From Candidatus Marinacidobacterales bacterium (GTDB lineage Bacteria; Acidobacteriota; Vicinamibacteria; Marinacidobacterales; DATDRI01), in the NCBI GenBank assembly GCA_965226495.1, contig OZ245365.1:2208001-2272000 (forward strand): a stretch of DNA of 64,000 nt, given 5' to 3'. Of this stretch, positions 31,347-39,340 are shown in pieces. How positions within the stretch are numbered: the stretch's first letter is position 1; the number at the start of each line of letters is the position of its first letter. Both the position numbers and the translations under genes were made by a program. The notes beneath the pieces were generated by a model. It was not told the origin of the DNA. It ran no database searches and worked only from the letters and a program-made list of their open reading frames with translations.

Positions 31347-32642
31347 TCAGATAGCGCAGGTGCGGAACCCCCCGAAGACGTCTCGGCGATGGGGCTGGTA
31401 GAAGTTTCTCCAGGTGTTCCTAATTAGAAGGGAACGTGTGGTCCAGCAACCACCTCTTAGAACTTTGTGATCATGGAACCATGGCTGGGAGTAGTCCTTG
31501 TAGGGGTCGGGAGTGAACTCTGGGTACGGTCCGAAATCGGTGCTCGTCCACTCCCAGACGTTACCGACCATTTGCCGGCAACCAAAAGCGCTGTCTCCCG
31601 CCGGTAGGGCGTCGACCGGAATGCACCCTCGCGCCGCCCAGTTCAGGTTAGCCCGCTCCGGTGCGGGGGCGTCGTTGCCCCAGGGGTATTTCCTTTTGCG
31701 ACCGTCGGTCCCCAGGGACGCTGCAAACTCCCACTCCACCTCGGTGGGTAGTCGTCTACCGGCCCAGCGACAGAAAGCATCGGCCTCGAACCAGTTCACG
31801 TGTATGACGGGTAGGCGGGGCTCGAGGGGAATCCATGAGTCGAAATGGCGCCGATGCCAGGTACTTGGGTTGTCCTTCTTCCAATAGACGGGATGACTAG
31901 CGTCCGCCCCTTCTTTCCAGGCCCACCCTTCTGGAATCCAAAGGTCTCTACGCCGGTAACCATCGTCGTCCACGAAAGCGGCGAATTCTTCTTGCGTAAC
32001 CTGTGTTCTAGCCATCGAGAACGGTTTGACCTCGACGGGGTGTGCCCACTTTTCATTGTCGAAGACGAAGGGCAGGTCGGGGCCCGCGCCCAGCCGGAAG
32101 CGGCCGCCAGGAATGTGGACGTCTCCGAGGATTGTATCCGGAAGATCGACCGGGCGAGGCTCGGGAAAATTGCGAAACGGGGGGTAACAATAGGAATGTG
32201 TTTGCCGGGTGTAGGTGAATGCCTCGGCATGCATACACTCATGGAGGATGCTCAAGAGGACAAAATAAGTACCCTCCGGCCCGGGTTCGTCCTCGCCGAG
32301 CTTTTCGCTCACCCTGTCTCGAACCTGTTCGATGTAGTCGAAGGTCGCTTGCCGGCCGGGCAGCCTGAGATCCCAGCGCACCTCATGATCGACTGCGGCG
32401 GAATCGTAAAGGGTGTCGCCTTGCTCGAGAAGGGGTAACTGTTTGCTCCAGTGACGAAGGACCCATCTTTCTTGAAACCAACCCACGTGGCCGACTTCCC
32501 AAAGAGGCGGGTTGACGATGGCGAGGCGAGGCCCCATTAGCTCCTCCGCGGTCAGATCCGAGACGAGATCGAGTGTGCAGGCGCGAACATCCGAGGCCAT
32601 TTGATTGAGCTTGGACGCGGGGAGGGGAGCCGCTGTCGACAT
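31347..32642 (-). CDS. senA: selenoneine synthase SenA (EgtB-like DinB + FGE-sulfatase domains)
   Basis: GPRLAIVNPPLWEVGHVGWFQE, HECMHAE iron ligands, FVFDNEKWAH, RLPTEVEWE, GNVWEW, RNFYQPHRRDVFGGFRTCA; start set at ATG 32642. Confidence 0.85.
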   Translation of the reverse strand: MSTAAPLPASKLNQMASDVRACTLDLVSDLTAEELMGPRLAIVNPPLWEVGHVGWFQERWVLRHWSKQLPLLEQGDTLYDSAAVDHEVRWDLRLPGRQATFDYIEQVRDRVSEKLGEDEPGPEGTYFVLLSILHECMHAEAFTYTRQTHSYCYPPFRNFPEPRPVDLPDTILGDVHIPGGRFRLGAGPDLPFVFDNEKWAHPVEVKPFSMARTQVTQEEFAAFVDDDGYRRRDLWIPEGWAWKEGADASHPVYWKKDNPSTWHRRHFDSWIPLEPRLPVIHVNWFEADAFCRWAGRRLPTEVEWEFAASLGTDGRKRKYPWGNDAPAPERANLNWAARGCIPVDALPAGDSAFGCRQMVGNVWEWTSTDFGPYPEFTPDPYKDYSQPWFHDHKVLRGGCWTTRSLLIRNTWRNFYQPHRRDVFGGFRTCAI

Positions 32643-32646
32643 CGCG

Positions 32647-34710
32647 TCAGTTGCCGGAGGAGCTGCTCTCTCGCAGCCATCGGTCGAGCCAACCGAGGAC
32701 CGTGTCATACCAGAGAATCGAATTCGCGGGTTTCAATACCCAGTGATTCTCGTCGGGGAAGTAGAGGAGCTTGCTCGGTATACCCCTTCGTTGGAGTGCG
32801 GTGAAGGTCGCGATTCCTTGCGTTTCGACGACTCGAAAGTCATCGGCGCCGTGGATCACCAGCATGGGTGTTCGCCAGTTCTGAATGAAGTCGATCGGGT
32901 TGTGGTTGCGGTAGCCGTCTGGATTGTCCCAAGGCGTTCCGTGGTGCTCCCATTCGGGAAACCAGAGCTCCTCCGTGGCGAGGTAGGCCATCCGTTCGTC
33001 GATGTTGCCGTCGTGATTCACCAGGCACCGAAAACGGTTGGGCCACTTGCCGGCGATCCAATTCACCATGTAGCCGCCGAAGGAACCACCGAGTGCGGCA
33101 ACCCGGTCGCCGTCCAGCCAAGGGTAACGCTCGACCGCTGCGGCGAGTCCTGCGACCAGATCCATCAGTGCTTTGCCTCCCCAGTCTCCTCGAATCGAGT
33201 CGGTGAAGGCTTGGCCATAACCAACCGAACCATGGAAATCGACCATCACCACCGCGTAGCCGGCTCCCGCATACGCTTGAGGATTCCATCGATAGTGGAA
33301 ATCGTTACCAAACGAACCTTGCGGCCCGCCGTGAATCAGGAACGCGATGGGATACTCTTTCGTCGCATCGAAGTCGGCAGGCTTAACGACGTAGGCGGAC
33401 ACGGTTTCGTTGTTCCAGCCCTCGAAGGTGAACTGCTCCGGCTCTCCCATGCGAACCGTCGCAAGGCGATCGCCATTTATGCGTGTGATCTCAAAGACGT
33501 CGGCTCCACCGGAGTCTACCGAGTAAAGCTCCACAGGAGAGCGTAGGTGATCACGGCCGTACACGATCCGGTCACCGGCCATCGCGGGAGAACGGATGCT
33601 CCCATCTTTGACAACTGTGCGCGCATCGCCGGTCATGACATCGATGGCAAAGAGTGACACCTGGCCTAGATTCGCCGCGGTGGCATAAATCGTATGGCCG
33701 TCCGAGGACCACGTGAACTCTCTGGGTGAACGGTCCCAGTTTTCTGTGAGGTTCCTTGTTTCACCGCCGGGCCAAGAACGAAGCATGATACGGAAACGGT
33801 CCGCCTCGTAGCCGACTCTTGACATGGCGAAGTAGGCGAGCGTTCGACCGTCCGGTGAGAACGCCGGTTGTGTGTCCCACGCTCGGTTCGATTCCGTCAG
33901 GTTTCGACGAGCCGACGAACCGTCTATGGACACTTGTTGTAGATCGAAGTTCGTGGACCACGCTTCTTCGCGTCCCACGTCGCGGGCCGCAAAAACCAAC
34001 GAGTGGCCGTCGGGAGTAAATGTAATTTCCTCCGGCCCACCGAACGGCTTCGAAGGTGTGTCGGCGTCCATGCCGGGGGTCGTGTCGAAGGGTCCTCCAC
34101 CCTCCACGGGCATAACGAACAAATGAGCTCGTCGGCCATCCTTCCAGGTGTCCCAATGTCGGATGAAGAGGTTCTCGTAGATGCGCCCGCCGACGTCGCT
34201 GCTCGCTCGCTCCTCGAGCCTTTCTGTCGTGCAGGGGAGATCGGGACAGTCGGGGAAGACTTCCATCGTAAAGGCGAGGTGAGATCCGTCGGGCGAGACC
34301 ACCAGGTTGCTCACATCGAGAGGGAGATCCGAAGTCTGCAGGGATTCTCCGCCGTTGGCCCGAATGCGCCAAACCTGCGACGAGCCCGAGCGCGTCGAGA
34401 GGAACCAAATCTCCTGGCCGTCCGACGACCAGCGCGGATTGAAATCGCTCGCCGGGTGCGTCGTCAGTCGCTTCAGACCGCTTCCGTCGACACCCACCAG
34501 CCAAAGATCCGTTCTTCCTCGGTTCGCCTCGAGATCCGTCGTGCGCAGCACAAAAACGATTCGCTTGCCGTCTGGCGAGACCTGGAGGTCGGAAATACGC
34601 TCCATCGCGAGCATGTCGTGGATGGAGAGAGGATGGGTTTCGGCCGCCAGGTTTCCAACGAGACCGAGGGTGGAAACTAGAGAGACTAGCAAGAGAATCG
34701 TGCGACGCAT
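32647..34710 (-). CDS. S9 family peptidase (dipeptidyl-peptidase 5-like), secreted
   Basis: Signal peptide, beta-propeller SPDG repeats, IHGGPQ, GGSFGG, DFRV, ENHW; RBS GGAGG. Confidence 0.95.
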   Translation of the reverse strand: MRRTILLLVSLVSTLGLVGNLAAETHPLSIHDMLAMERISDLQVSPDGKRIVFVLRTTDLEANRGRTDLWLVGVDGSGLKRLTTHPASDFNPRWSSDGQEIWFLSTRSGSSQVWRIRANGGESLQTSDLPLDVSNLVVSPDGSHLAFTMEVFPDCPDLPCTTERLEERASSDVGGRIYENLFIRHWDTWKDGRRAHLFVMPVEGGGPFDTTPGMDADTPSKPFGGPEEITFTPDGHSLVFAARDVGREEAWSTNFDLQQVSIDGSSARRNLTESNRAWDTQPAFSPDGRTLAYFAMSRVGYEADRFRIMLRSWPGGETRNLTENWDRSPREFTWSSDGHTIYATAANLGQVSLFAIDVMTGDARTVVKDGSIRSPAMAGDRIVYGRDHLRSPVELYSVDSGGADVFEITRINGDRLATVRMGEPEQFTFEGWNNETVSAYVVKPADFDATKEYPIAFLIHGGPQGSFGNDFHYRWNPQAYAGAGYAVVMVDFHGSVGYGQAFTDSIRGDWGGKALMDLVAGLAAAVERYPWLDGDRVAALGGSFGGYMVNWIAGKWPNRFRCLVNHDGNIDERMAYLATEELWFPEWEHHGTPWDNPDGYRNHNPIDFIQNWRTPMLVIHGADDFRVVETQGIATFTALQRRGIPSKLLYFPDENHWVLKPANSILWYDTVLGWLDRWLRESSSSGN

Positions 34711-34808
34711 CCAAACCTCCGTAAATTACGCTGGCTTCGTATTTCCGCGCATGGCTACATGCTGCGCGTCATTAGCCGATGGTAACAGACCGGACGTCGT
34801 GAGACGCC

Positions 34809-34917
34809 GGGGTCAGATCCGAAAATGTCACTTTGCTCGGATCCGATTTTGTGCATGAGTTCGTCTATTGCGCACATTATTGGATCCGACCCCTGTGACA
34901 TTCTGGGGTCTGACCCC
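34809..34917. repeat. 109-bp MITE/REPIN-like long palindrome
   Basis: Terminal inverted repeats GGGGTCAGATCCGAAAATGTCAC / GTGACATTCTGGGGTCTGACCCC (20 of 23 match) enclosing a second inverted pair TCGGATCC..TGTGC / GCACA..GGATCCGA. Confidence 0.85.
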
Positions 34918-34980
34918 GACGCCTGGCCAAGGCCGGTACGAGCACCGTCCTATTTTGGCGCCCGAGGAGATCTTCCCCAC

Positions 34981-36657
34981 TCAAGTCTTCCTCTTCCAGC
35001 CCGGTCCCCGAACGACGCGTCCGGGCGTCGCATCCGTGTGCTCGCCGTCCTCGAGCACCTGGGTTCCGTTGACCCAAACATGGACGACGCCGGTTGCGTA
35101 TTGATGGGGATTCTCGTACGTCGCGTGGTCCTGGATGTCCTCGGGGTCGAAGACGACGACGTCTGCGAAATAGCCCGGTTGAAGCGAGCCTCGGTCCTTG
35201 ATCCGGAGATTCCCGGCGGGCAATGCCGTCATACGCCGGATTGCCTCTTCGAGGGAAATGATCCCCTCATCCCGCACATATTTCCCGAGAAGGCGTGCGA
35301 AGTTCCCGTAGGCACGCGGGTGGGTGCTGGACTTCAAGAAGACGCCTTCCGTTGCCATCGAGCCGGCATCCGAGCCGAAGCTCACCCAGGGTAAAGCCAC
35401 CTGCTTGCGGACATTATCTTCCGACATCAGGAAATAGACCGCTTGCACGCGGCTGCCATCTTCGATGACCAAGTCCATCGCCGTATCTTCGGGACTGGTG
35501 CCCCGCATCTTCGCTACTTCGGCTAGTGTCTTGCCAGTGAGAGGTTTTAGCTCCTCGTTCTTGAACCCCACCAGAAGCGTCCCCTCGGGACCGGCGGCCA
35601 GGTTGAAGTTTTCCCATTCGTCGGTCGGGGTGGTCATTTCCTTGTGGACGCGGGCCCGGATGGCAGGATCCTTGAGGCGCTCTACCCATGCTTGGTACCC
35701 ACCCTCTTGCACCCATGGCGGCATCGTCGCGTTGAGTCCGGTGGATCCGGCGGTGTAGGTGTACATGTCGGCGGTGATACGCAAGCCTTCGGCCCGGGCG
35801 GCTTCTACTTTCGCGATGGCCTGATCGAGCAAGGGCCAGTTGGGCTCGCCCCCCGCCTTCAAATGATAAATCTCGGCTGGGAGGTCAGCCTCACGCGCGA
35901 TAGTAATGAGCTCGTCTACCGCCTCGATAAACCTTTTGCCCTCGCTTCGCATGTGGGAGATGTACATGCCGTCATACTCGGAAGCGACTTTACAGAGCTC
36001 GATCAACTCGTCCGTTTGCGCGTAGAAGGCCGGTGCGTAGATCAAAGACGAGCCGACACCGAGCGCACCCTCCTCCATCGCTTGCCGCACGAGTTGTCGC
36101 ATGCGATCCATTTCTTGGGGAGTCGGAGGACGGTCCTCGAATCCAATCTCGTGAATTCGAACCGTGGTAGCACCGACGAAGGAAGCCACATTGGGGGAGA
36201 TGCCGCGGCTAACCAAATAGTCAAGGTATTCTCCGAGCGTTGTCCACTCGATGTCGAACTTGATGTCGACTTGCGATTGCAGGAGCGCCTGCTCGGTGCG
36301 CTGGTTGACTGGCCCGTACGAGATTCCCTCGCCAAAAACCTCGAGGGTGACTCCCTGTCGGATATCGCCCTGCGAGCGGCCGTCTTCGATTAGGCTTCCC
36401 ACCGCCCAGCTCAACATATTGATAAACCCCGGAGACACGGCGAGCCCCTCGGCGTCGACTTCCGTATCTCCCCGGGCCCCGCCCAAATCCCCGATGGCGG
36501 CGATGCGATCTCCATGGATCGCGACGTCTCCCACGTAGGAAGCGGCACCGCTCCCGTCGTAGATCGTGCCGTTTCGGATGATGAGGTCGAATCGCTCCGT
36601 TGGGGCCGAAGAACAAGACCAGCTAAAAAGGATCAGAAACAAGTAACGTCGGGGCAT
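34981..36657 (-). CDS. N-acyl-D-amino-acid deacylase (D-aminoacylase) family, probable lipoprotein
   Basis: IIRNGTIYDGSG, SPGFIN, SHMRSE, YHLK, FGSDA, HPRAYGNF, RGSLQPGYFAD; RBS AGGAGG; signal ending SWSC. Confidence 0.92.
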   Translation of the reverse strand: MPRRYLFLILFSWSCSSAPTERFDLIIRNGTIYDGSGAASYVGDVAIHGDRIAAIGDLGGARGDTEVDAEGLAVSPGFINMLSWAVGSLIEDGRSQGDIRQGVTLEVFGEGISYGPVNQRTEQALLQSQVDIKFDIEWTTLGEYLDYLVSRGISPNVASFVGATTVRIHEIGFEDRPPTPQEMDRMRQLVRQAMEEGALGVGSSLIYAPAFYAQTDELIELCKVASEYDGMYISHMRSEGKRFIEAVDELITIAREADLPAEIYHLKAGGEPNWPLLDQAIAKVEAARAEGLRITADMYTYTAGSTGLNATMPPWVQEGGYQAWVERLKDPAIRARVHKEMTTPTDEWENFNLAAGPEGTLLVGFKNEELKPLTGKTLAEVAKMRGTSPEDTAMDLVIEDGSRVQAVYFLMSEDNVRKQVALPWVSFGSDAGSMATEGVFLKSSTHPRAYGNFARLLGKYVRDEGIISLEEAIRRMTALPAGNLRIKDRGSLQPGYFADVVVFDPEDIQDHATYENPHQYATGVVHVWVNGTQVLEDGEHTDATPGRVVRGPGWKRKT

Positions 36658-36680
36658 TGGAGCCTCCTGTAGAGAACGCT

Positions 36681-36881
36681 CTAGTCTACATCGAGCAAAA
36701 CCGAGAGTTCATCTCGGTACACGGCACCCCAGGCCAGAGTCGCCAAGGTGTACGTTCCTATGAGCGTCAACGCGTAGCCGGGGTGCATCGCGGCAAGCGC
36801 GTGACTCGCTCCGACAACCGTGGCACCTATCAAGAGGACTAGCAACCAAGCTTGTAACCAAACGGCACTTTCTCGGACCAA
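36681..36881 (-). CDS. small 2-TM hypothetical protein
   Basis: 66 aa, two hydrophobic helices, TTG start, co-oriented with neighbours. Confidence 0.45.
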   Translation of the reverse strand: MVRESAVWLQAWLLVLLIGATVVGASHALAAMHPGYALTLIGTYTLATLAWGAVYRDELSVLLDVD

Positions 36882-36924
36882 CGTCGCCGCACCCCGAGGC
36901 GACAGAACCGGGCACTAGAACGCC

Positions 36925-37132
36925 GTACCAACGAAGTTGGTACCACCTCTTTTACCTCTCCCCCGACCGCGGGGGAGAGGTCGCTCGCCGAAGGCGGGCG
37001 GGTGAGGGGGCATTGAAAGATGGCTTCCATCCGTTACTCCCTCTCCCTCAGGGAGAGGGCCGGGGTGAGGGTCGTAATTGAAGTCCCTTTCCGTTACTCC
37101 CTCTCCCTCAGGGAGAGGGCCGGGGTGAGGGT
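36925..37132. repeat. REP-like hairpin cluster (CCCTCTCCC..GGGAGAGGG..GGTGAGGG family)
   Basis: GTACCAAC-GAA-GTTGGTAC (36925-36943); 12-bp IR ACCTCTCCCCCG/CGGGGGAGAGGT (36954-36981) plus CGCC-GAA-GGCG; identical 43-bp copies at 37030-37072 and 37090-37132. Confidence 0.88.
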
Positions 37133-37184
37133 GGTCGTGGATAGCGGCGACAAAGTCGAGTATCGATTTCATTGTTGCCGTCAA

Positions 37185-38066
37185 CTAGAAGTTCCAAACG
37201 AGGTCGAAGAGCATTTGTTGCAAGCGTCGCTGGGCGCGGCCACCTAGGACCCATTTGGCGCCGATCTTGAAAAGGAGGTAAACCTTCAAGAGTCGAACCT
37301 TCCCGCGGCCGTAGTGTTTCTTGTAGAAGTAGAGCTGACTGCGTCGGTACTCGAAGCTAGCTTTTTCTCGATTCCCTTCCGTCGACTTTCCACGCAGGTG
37401 GATGACCTCTGCCTCCGGCGTGTAAAGAACACGGTAGCCAGCGCGACGCACCCTCTGGCAGTAATCCACCTCTTCGGTGTACATGAAGAAACAGTCGTCG
37501 AAATATCCGACCTTGTCGAGAAGCTCGGTCCTCAGCATCATGCAAGCACCGCTTACCCAATCGGGAAAGGCTTCCTGCTTGCTTCTTTTCTCTATGTAGC
37601 CGCGGAAGAAGCGATTGCCCCTCTCGTAAAATTTGGAGAGCAATTTCTGGCTTGCTTCGGCGCGAAAGTTGAGCATGTCACCATAGGAAATTTGCACCGA
37701 GCCGTCTTCGTTCCTCAAGAGTGGGCCCAACACACCGACGTCCGGTCTTTCCTCCATGATGCCCAACATGGCATCGATCGCACCAGACTTAACGAACGCG
37801 TCGTTATTGAGCAACAAGAGGTAGTCGCCCTTCGCTTCCCGCATGCCGAGGTTGTTGCCTCCTGCGAAGCCGAGATTGTCGGGAGACCCGATGGCAACTA
37901 CCTCTGGAAAGTCGCGGGTAACCATTGGGAGACTGCCGTCGGTGGAGGCGTTGTCTACGACAATGACCTCGATCGGTCGATGAGACGTCTGGTCATAGAG
38001 CGACTGGAGGCAGTGCTTGAGGTGGATCTTGGCGTTGTAACTGACGATCAGGACGGTCAGTTCCAT
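37185..38066 (-). CDS. glycosyltransferase family 2 (rhamnosyltransferase-like)
   Basis: VLIVSYN, VVDNASTDGS, NLGFAGGNN, LLLNND, WVSGAC, FFMYTEEVD. Confidence 0.93.
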   Translation of the reverse strand: MELTVLIVSYNAKIHLKHCLQSLYDQTSHRPIEVIVVDNASTDGSLPMVTRDFPEVVAIGSPDNLGFAGGNNLGMREAKGDYLLLLNNDAFVKSGAIDAMLGIMEERPDVGVLGPLLRNEDGSVQISYGDMLNFRAEASQKLLSKFYERGNRFFRGYIEKRSKQEAFPDWVSGACMMLRTELLDKVGYFDDCFFMYTEEVDYCQRVRRAGYRVLYTPEAEVIHLRGKSTEGNREKASFEYRRSQLYFYKKHYGRGKVRLLKVYLLFKIGAKWVLGGRAQRRLQQMLFDLVWNF

Positions 38067-39214
38067 CAGCTTTTCGAGCCCAGCCGCTCATAGACGGCCA
38101 AGGTTTTGCGAGCCGTCTCTTCCCAGGAAAACGAAGTGACTCGCTTCGAGCCGGCTTCTATGAGTTGTCCGCGCTCTCGGTCGTCGCCCCAAACCCGCTC
38201 GATGCCGGACGCAATCGCTTCAGGATCGGTTGGGTCCACGTAGGTAGCCGCCTCCGCCGCCACCTCGCGATGGGTGGGAATGTCAGAGGCTACGACCGGG
38301 AGCTCACACGCCATGGCTTCGAGAACCGTAAAACCGAATCCCTCCCATAGTGCGATGCTTGCCAGAGCACGCGCCCGCCGGTAGACCACCGGCAAGTGTT
38401 CCGAAGGCACGTAACCCAACTTCACAACACGAGAGCCTAAACGGTGTTTGTCGATGGCGCTGTCGACAGCTGCTTCATCCATCCCTGGTCCGCCCGCGAG
38501 CAGGAGCATGCCGTCCCAACCTCGGCGCACCAGTTGCGCTACCGCTTCCACCAGCCGGGGCAAGTTCTTCCGCGGCTCCAATGTTGCCACCGAAAGCAAG
38601 TAGCGCGGCGGCAGCTTGTACCTGGCACGGATACGTTCTTCGTCGCCAGAATGCTCGGCGCCGATCCGGAAGCTCTCGATGTCGACGCCGTAGGGTGTCA
38701 ACACCACCTTCCGCTCGTCGACCCCGAGCTCTCGGACGAGGTCGTCTTTGGTGGTCCGGGAGCCGGTGAGCACTGCGTCGGCGCGAGCGGCATGTGCCTT
38801 CACCAAAGGGACGTAGTCGCGTCGGATCTCGGCCTCTGTCGCCTCGGCATGCCGGTAGAAGAAGATGTCGTGGATGGTTACGATGGCTCGACCGCGTCTC
38901 GATGGCAGAATGAGTGGATGAGGCGAATGCGTAATGTTGAACGAGCGTCCGGTCAGAAGGTCGAGCGAAGGTTGTCCTGTACGGTGCCACAGAGCGTTCA
39001 ACACGGAGACCGGGATCCTTCGATCGACGAGCTCGAAGTTGGGCGGAAGGGCGCCTACCTGCGCTCGTTCTCGCAGCGAGCTGGAGAAGAGCGTATAGCG
39101 GTTCTCCGAGTCGATGCGGGCCAAGGCGCCGGTTAGGCCGGCGACGTAACGGCCCACTCCGGTTAGCCGAGATAGCGCAGGCCGGTAGTCGATTCCAACG
39201 TTGAGGTTGGGCAT
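38066..39214 (-). CDS. glycosyltransferase family 4 (GT1)
   Basis: TGVGRY, IVTIHD, EPRKN, EGFGFTVLEAMA; ATG 39214 after GGAG and extended -10 TGCTATCAT. Confidence 0.92.
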   Translation of the reverse strand: MPNLNVGIDYRPALSRLTGVGRYVAGLTGALARIDSENRYTLFSSSLRERAQVGALPPNFELVDRRIPVSVLNALWHRTGQPSLDLLTGRSFNITHSPHPLILPSRRGRAIVTIHDIFFYRHAEATEAEIRRDYVPLVKAHAARADAVLTGSRTTKDDLVRELGVDERKVVLTPYGVDIESFRIGAEHSGDEERIRARYKLPPRYLLSVATLEPRKNLPRLVEAVAQLVRRGWDGMLLLAGGPGMDEAAVDSAIDKHRLGSRVVKLGYVPSEHLPVVYRRARALASIALWEGFGFTVLEAMACELPVVASDIPTHREVAAEAATYVDPTDPEAIASGIERVWGDDRERGQLIEAGSKRVTSFSWEETARKTLAVYERLGSKS

Positions 39215-39268
39215 GCTCCGCCGCGGATGATAGCACGCCCGCACCCCGGTCGATGGTCACCGATGGTG

Positions 39269-39297
39269 TTCGCCGTCGTCGTTTTTGACCTTATAAT
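39269..39297 (+). promoter_or_regulatory. sigma70 promoter of ugd-galE-GT2
   Basis: TTCGCC-N17-TATAAT upstream of AAGGAG RBS. Confidence 0.6.
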
Positions 39298-39340
39298 AGA
39301 AAACCATTCTGTCTTGTTTACTAAAGGAGTCGTTTGGTTC

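Noticed and set aside
32605-33546. 313-aa + strand ORF (likewise 4957-5853, 33761-34714, 61129-62112)
   Set aside because: Antisense or alternate-frame ORFs over well-supported genes, expected in GC-rich DNA.
37030-37132. Mini CRISPR (43-bp repeat, 17-bp spacer)
   Set aside because: Only two copies, spacer too short, sequence fits a REP-like palindrome family, no cas genes.
36915-37184. 89-aa ORF with PHPGPLPEGEG repeats
   Set aside because: Translation of the REP-like repeats; probably non-coding.
39258-39290. Fluoride riboswitch-like GATGGTGTTCGCC
   Set aside because: The 5' GGCGA needed to pair with TCGCC is absent (ACCGA), no downstream pseudoknot partner is evident, and the segment coincides with the ugd -35 region.
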